A stretch of DNA of 28,701 bases from a virus. Taxonomy: Duplodnaviria > Caudoviricetes. Position 1 is the first letter of the stretch. The number at the start of each line of letters is the position of its first letter. The translations under genes were made by a program, and so were the position numbers. The stretch lies in IMG/VR virus record IMGVR_UViG_3300032112_000001, positions 1 to 28,701 of that record. One strand, 5' to 3'. Below, piece by piece: positions 24,470 through 28,701 of this stretch. Under the pieces are notes generated by a model that worked only from the letters and a program-made list of their open reading frames with translations, was not told the origin of the DNA and made no database searches.

Positions 24470-24695
24470 CGAACTGATCAAGGGTGCAAAAACATCAGAG
24501 TTTTACATAGTCCTCATGGTCTTGCTGCCGTGGATCTGTCAGCAGTTTGGCGTCGACGTGGCGACGATTACCGACAATGCCGACCAGTTGCGCCAGGCTA
24601 TCGAGGCCGCGCACGGCGGGAGTGACATGCCGGCTTGGGTGGCGATGGCCTATGTGATCGGGCGGAAGGCGCTGAAGTGGCGGGCCGGGAAATGA
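24462..24695 (+). CDS. putative holin
   Basis: Two hydrophobic segments, G.KTSEF(Y) and AYVIGR motifs, basic C-terminus; GGGGG RBS; upstream of endolysin. Confidence 0.6.
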   Translation: MNSELIKGAKTSEFYIVLMVLLPWICQQFGVDVATITDNADQLRQAIEAAHGGSDMPAWVAMAYVIGRKALKWRAGK

Positions 24696-25183
24696 AATAC
24701 ACGACCATCACCTACCACGGCGCGAAGCTCACCGTTCCGGAGTGGCTAGCATCTCCGAAGCTTTGGCCATACGACCTCCCGCTCTACCGTTTCCCGTCAT
24801 TCTGCGGTGCCGGAGAAGGATTCGGGGACAGGATAGTGCCAGAGGACATTTTCGGAGTCTGCATCTCCCCGGCGTGCTTTATCCATGATGTAGATTGGGC
24901 GTGCAGTCCCGATACCATCCGCGAGTTTCTGGCGGCCAATTTCAGGTTTGCGAGGAATGCGCGGTCGCTGATCTTGGCCTCGTCGTTGCCGTGGTGGAAG
25001 AAGGAAATCGCGGTCTCCAGGGCGTATACGTTCTGGCTCGGCGCGGTGACGACAATCGGCGCTCTCTGCTTCAATCCGCTAGGCGAGTCGTTCGCCAACC
25101 CGCTCGACAATCCGGATGTGCAAACGAAGCTGCGGAAATTGGCAACAGCAAGAATCGATTATCAACGGGATATGGGGATTTGA
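24692..25183 (+). CDS. phospholipase A2-like (DUF1353-related) protein
   Basis: CGAGEG...VP..IFG..I.PACFIHDVDW...AN.RF..N: CG loop plus C..HD dyad. Confidence 0.6.
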   Translation: MKYTTITYHGAKLTVPEWLASPKLWPYDLPLYRFPSFCGAGEGFGDRIVPEDIFGVCISPACFIHDVDWACSPDTIREFLAANFRFARNARSLILASSLPWWKKEIAVSRAYTFWLGAVTTIGALCFNPLGESFANPLDNPDVQTKLRKLATARIDYQRDMGI

Positions 25184-25185
25184 TC

Positions 25186-25431
25186 ATGGTTCCGGCTCCT
25201 CAAGACGAATTTGCACTGACAGAGGCAAAGGATTGGAAAATGCTAGCGGCGATAGGGACAATTCTGCTGGCAATGATTTCCGGAATGTGGATCGACCTGA
25301 AATCGACAATCAAAGACAACCGGATTGAACTGAGGCAAGAGATAGCCGAGCACAAGTCGGACACCAAACGGGAGCAGGAAAAGCTCTGGTCAGCCATTGA
25401 AGATTGTCGGGGCGAAATCAGGAAGCGTTGA
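25186..25431 (+). CDS. single-TM coiled-coil protein in the lysis cassette
   Basis: MLAAIGTILLAMISGMWI TM followed by a charged coiled coil; GGGGA RBS. Confidence 0.65.
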   Translation: MVPAPQDEFALTEAKDWKMLAAIGTILLAMISGMWIDLKSTIKDNRIELRQEIAEHKSDTKREQEKLWSAIEDCRGEIRKR

Positions 25432-25432
25432 T

Positions 25433-25816
25433 ATGTGGCCATTTTCGCAGAAGCCAAAAAGCAACATCATGCTCCGGGCTGAGTTGTTGCAAAAACTGCC
25501 ACGGTGCGAGGTGGTCATTGCCGAGGACCGAGCCTACGTGCTGCCATCGGACAGCGATGTTTTTGCCGCGCTCGGAACGGATTGGAGCAAGTATCTGGCC
25601 GAGATCAATGACTGCGATGATTACGTCTGGCGGGCGAAAGGCAAGGCGGCGGGACACGGATGGCCGGTAGCCGCCGTCAAGGTCGTACTGCTCGACGGCT
25701 CGGCTCATTACATCAATGGGTGGATCAATGACCGGCGGGAGTGGGTGCTGTTTGAGCCGCAGACGAGAGAGATTTTCGCGCAGAAAATTCAGCGTATTGT
25801 CCACATTGTGATATGA
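25433..25816 (+). CDS. papain/transglutaminase-like cysteine protease (Agglutinin_C / MOA C-terminal-like)
   Basis: Y..E..DCDDY ... AHYIN ... LFEPQT with Cys-His-Glu candidates. Confidence 0.7.
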   Translation: MWPFSQKPKSNIMLRAELLQKLPRCEVVIAEDRAYVLPSDSDVFAALGTDWSKYLAEINDCDDYVWRAKGKAAGHGWPVAAVKVVLLDGSAHYINGWINDRREWVLFEPQTREIFAQKIQRIVHIVI

Positions 25817-26283
25817 CACCGAACCTGAAAGCGTTTCTGGACGTGATCGCCTGGGCCGAGATCGGCCCCGCGCTGCTCACTGCGAGCGACAACGGATACA
25901 ATGTCATAGTCGGCTCGACGCCGCTTTACCCGCGCTTGTTCCACGATTACAGCGACCATCCGCGAGTCGCGGTGACTGTGCGGCCAGGATTGATCAGCAC
26001 AGCCGCAGGCCGATATCAGATCCTGAAACGCAATTTCGACCACTACAAGCGCACGCTGAACCTGCCAGACTTTTCACCGGCAAGCCAGGATAAAATAGCG
26101 CTTCTGCTTATTTTAGAATGCAAGGCCGTTGACGACATAAATGCTGGAAATGTCGAAAGCGCCATAAGGAAATGCCGGTCGCGGTGGGCTAGTTTGCCGG
26201 GGGCCGGGTATGGACAACCAGAAAAGAAAATGGCCGATCTGCTGCGAGTGTTCGAGCGGGCCGGCGGAACAATCAATCAATAG
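25813..26283 (+). CDS. lambda R-type endolysin (lytic transglycosylase, GH104)
   Basis: KAFLDVIAWAE, GYNVIVG, DYSDHPR, STAAGRYQIL, DFSPASQD, WASLPGAGYGQ. Confidence 0.95.
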   Translation: MTPNLKAFLDVIAWAEIGPALLTASDNGYNVIVGSTPLYPRLFHDYSDHPRVAVTVRPGLISTAAGRYQILKRNFDHYKRTLNLPDFSPASQDKIALLLILECKAVDDINAGNVESAIRKCRSRWASLPGAGYGQPEKKMADLLRVFERAGGTINQ

Positions 26284-26292
26284 AGGTGTGAA

Positions 26293-26769
26293 ATGAAACG
26301 CGTATTTTTGGCAATGGCAATTGTTTTGCTGCTGACCGGTCAGTCTTTTGCAGCCGGGTCCGGATGGACCGTGCTTGAAAATGACGAGGGATATCTCGAC
26401 AGTTCACTTGGCGGCGTGATCGGACTGCCGCGAGAAGGCACCAGTGACGCATCGGACGCCAGCGTTCCAGTCTGGCCCGATAGTGGAGATTCGGCGATGT
26501 CCAGCGTTGCTGGCTGCATGATCGGATATGTCATCAAGTGCGGGGCGACAGGTGAATATCCAACCAGCATCGTCGTTTCATTCAAAGACAAATATGGAGG
26601 AATTATTAACCCTGACACCGACGATACCGTGAATACGTGTTCTTCTGCAGGCCTTGCCTTTAGAGTGAAATTCGACACTCCTGAGTGCATAGCAGGAGGA
26701 CTTTACGCAGATTTTACTGTCGTAGGTAACAGCAAAAAATTCAAAGTCATCCCGCTATTCTTGAGGTGA
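26293..26769 (+). CDS. signal-peptide-bearing hypothetical protein
   Basis: MKRVFLAMAIVLLLTGQSFA signal peptide; GAGGTG RBS; beta-rich, four Cys. Confidence 0.75.
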   Translation: MKRVFLAMAIVLLLTGQSFAAGSGWTVLENDEGYLDSSLGGVIGLPREGTSDASDASVPVWPDSGDSAMSSVAGCMIGYVIKCGATGEYPTSIVVSFKDKYGGIINPDTDDTVNTCSSAGLAFRVKFDTPECIAGGLYADFTVVGNSKKFKVIPLFLR

Positions 26770-26771
26770 TT

Positions 26772-28205
26772 ATGGGATCGAAAATGAAAGATATTATCGG
26801 ATTATCAACCAAACTTGTAGTCGCTGCAACTGCGGCAATCCTGCTCTCACTGTGGATGTTTTGTGGAGCTTGCAGAGCTATGGACACGACAGAGCAACTG
26901 CTGATGTTCGGTGGTAAAAAATGGATACAAGACCTCCATAATGGAATTGTAAATCCAAATTTTACCTATACTGGCGGGCAGTCAATAATTGCAGATGAAA
27001 ACGGTATTCTTAGAACGACTCCGTCTGGCTATCCGTCCGTTTCAGGTGGGAAATATGTCTCTGATTCAGTTTCATTAACCTATCCAACAACTGCTACGCT
27101 GAGGGGCATCAGAACAAAAGCTGGCACACGGCAGGTAGTAGATTCTGCCACGTTCGGCGGGATGCTGATAGAGCCAGCGATGACAAACAAGGTCACTGCT
27201 AAAAAAGCGAACCCCACAGACACAACAAATGTCTCAAGGTCTGGGGATGCTTCCGCAGTATTGTCTGTTGTTGCAGACTCAACAAATATAGCGACTGACG
27301 GACTGGGCAGCATTTGCACATCTGGCAATGTTTACAGGTTAGACAATAGTGGTGGCAGTGTCGCTGCAAATATGTATTTTGGTGGCAGTACTGGCAACAC
27401 TAACAAACACACACTGTCCGTTTATGCAAAGATATCAGGAGGAACTGGAGCAATATTTTTTGGCAGTGGCAACGGATATAAATCATTCACCAATACATCA
27501 TATTCCAGGATTATATCGGCCAATGTTACACCGTCCGGTGCGTCTGAGGTTCTATATATTACTGTTCCTGCTGGACAAACTATTCACGTAATCCTCCCAC
27601 AAGTAGAAGAATCAGTATTTGCCACTTCACCGATTATAGGTACAGACACGGCAGCAGCACAGACGCGGCAGGCATCGGTAACGAGCGCACCAACCCCATT
27701 GCATATTTTCGATTCAGCAACAACAGCACAGAATTTCGCTATTTTCCAGCGGATTGTTCCGCGCGCTGCGGGGCAGACAGCCAATATATTTTCAAGCCGG
27801 ATTGATGACAACAACCTATTCAAAGTATCGACAACTTCAACGCAGATAATCGCGACAAAAACAATCGCATCGACCGCGACGACAGCGACAGCAACCTATA
27901 CTCACGCGGCAGCAACTCCAATAGATATTATGGTAATACAATCAGACATGGGCATGGCGATTAGGACACGCGCATACTCTGGCGGGACGTGGAGCGCGTG
28001 GTCTGCGTGGACAGAGACGACATCTACGGGGGCGAAGGCGTCAGCAAAAATAGGCAGTACATACCAGATAGGGGCGCTGAATAGTGCGAGTCAATTTTCC
28101 GGTAATTATCCGAGAGCAGCAATAATAAAGCTCAAGAAGCAAGCTACGTTGGCTGAATATGAAGCGTGGCTAATCGCTGAGATGACGAAGCGGGGGTTGA
28201 TATGA
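26772..28205 (+). CDS. phage head-spike/tail-fibre-like protein with concanavalin-like region and N-terminal signal/TM
   Basis: GMLIEPAMTN, TLSVYAK and QVEE..FATSPI.T......TR.A motifs; hydrophobic N-terminus ending C-R-A. Confidence 0.65.
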   Translation: MGSKMKDIIGLSTKLVVAATAAILLSLWMFCGACRAMDTTEQLLMFGGKKWIQDLHNGIVNPNFTYTGGQSIIADENGILRTTPSGYPSVSGGKYVSDSVSLTYPTTATLRGIRTKAGTRQVVDSATFGGMLIEPAMTNKVTAKKANPTDTTNVSRSGDASAVLSVVADSTNIATDGLGSICTSGNVYRLDNSGGSVAANMYFGGSTGNTNKHTLSVYAKISGGTGAIFFGSGNGYKSFTNTSYSRIISANVTPSGASEVLYITVPAGQTIHVILPQVEESVFATSPIIGTDTAAAQTRQASVTSAPTPLHIFDSATTAQNFAIFQRIVPRAAGQTANIFSSRIDDNNLFKVSTTSTQIIATKTIASTATTATATYTHAAATPIDIMVIQSDMGMAIRTRAYSGGTWSAWSAWTETTSTGAKASAKIGSTYQIGALNSASQFSGNYPRAAIIKLKKQATLAEYEAWLIAEMTKRGLI

Positions 28206-28567
28206 GCCAAACGACGATAATAATAAAAATAAAAACCGATATACGGTCAGTTGCATCTCTGTGCCTTCAAATACTTGGCGAAGGTGCAGACCCAACGGCA
28301 GAAAGAGACATAGATGTTTTCAAGCGCAATAATTCCGAAATAAGCAACGGGTACGTGAGGATAGCTGTTGAGGATTATCTAATTCCAAAATTAGAATATG
28401 CAATCTCTGTTGTTGGTTCGGAAAACGAACACATGCAAATTGTGTTAATAGAAAAACATGGGCAAACTCGTTTTGTTACTGGAAATTCAACAGACGAAAA
28501 CGGGAATACTTATGATATTGTTCTCGGCTGCATTGGCTATCTTCCTATTGATGATTCGTGGGCGTAA
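28202..28567 (+). CDS. hypothetical protein
   Basis: 121 aa; ATGA coupling; GGGGG RBS. Confidence 0.7.
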   Translation: MSQTTIIIKIKTDIRSVASLCLQILGEGADPTAERDIDVFKRNNSEISNGYVRIAVEDYLIPKLEYAISVVGSENEHMQIVLIEKHGQTRFVTGNSTDENGNTYDIVLGCIGYLPIDDSWA

Positions 28568-28569
28568 CT

Positions 28570-28695
28570 ATGTCACAGACTACGGTCATACTAAAAATTA
28601 AAACGACACTCCGAGAAGCCTCTGAAACATTGTCACTGCTCTATAATATGGACAACGTGGATGATGAGAAGATCAAAAAAAACCAAGCTGGATAA
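28570..28695 (+). CDS. short or frameshifted paralogue of the 28202 protein
   Basis: MSQTTVILKIKTTLR vs MSQTTIIIKIKTDIR; stops after 41 aa just past an A8 run; close to the window edge. Confidence 0.45.
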   Translation: MSQTTVILKIKTTLREASETLSLLYNMDNVDDEKIKKNQAG

Positions 28696-28701
28696 ACTTG
28701 A

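Noticed and set aside
21510-28205. Diversity-generating retroelement or invertible fibre cassette
   Set aside because: No reverse transcriptase, invertase, TR/VR repeat pair or inverted crossover sites seen in the window

Overview
The window is a contiguous, entirely plus-strand segment of a lambdoid/HK97-like siphovirus, in prophage or circular form because the HNH gene, putative cos and terminase are joined. The host is probably Gram-negative (lambda-R-type endolysin, lipoproteins). Gene order: Toprim primase/RepA-type helicase and an iteron-rich AT-rich origin; a string of small accessory genes (DUF3310, DUF551, Lar-like) with repeated junction sequences; HNH nuclease, putative cos, TerS, TerL; a promoter-leader-terminator element; portal, HK97 protease, major capsid, head-tail joining genes; tail tube, chaperone with -1 frameshift, tape measure, an atypical tail tip and fibre; two lipoproteins and zinc-ribbon microproteins; a lysis cassette (holin, PLA2-like protein, membrane coiled-coil protein, papain-like Cys protease, endolysin); and a more AT-rich module of signal-peptide-bearing proteins. 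The most striking element is at 8717-8845. A strong sigma70 promoter with an embedded palindrome drives a leader that can fold either as a kink-turn-like antiterminator or as an intrinsic terminator in front of the whole virion operon, and a small DUF2292-like gene lies just upstream as a candidate regulator. All family calls come from motif recognition by eye, not database searches.
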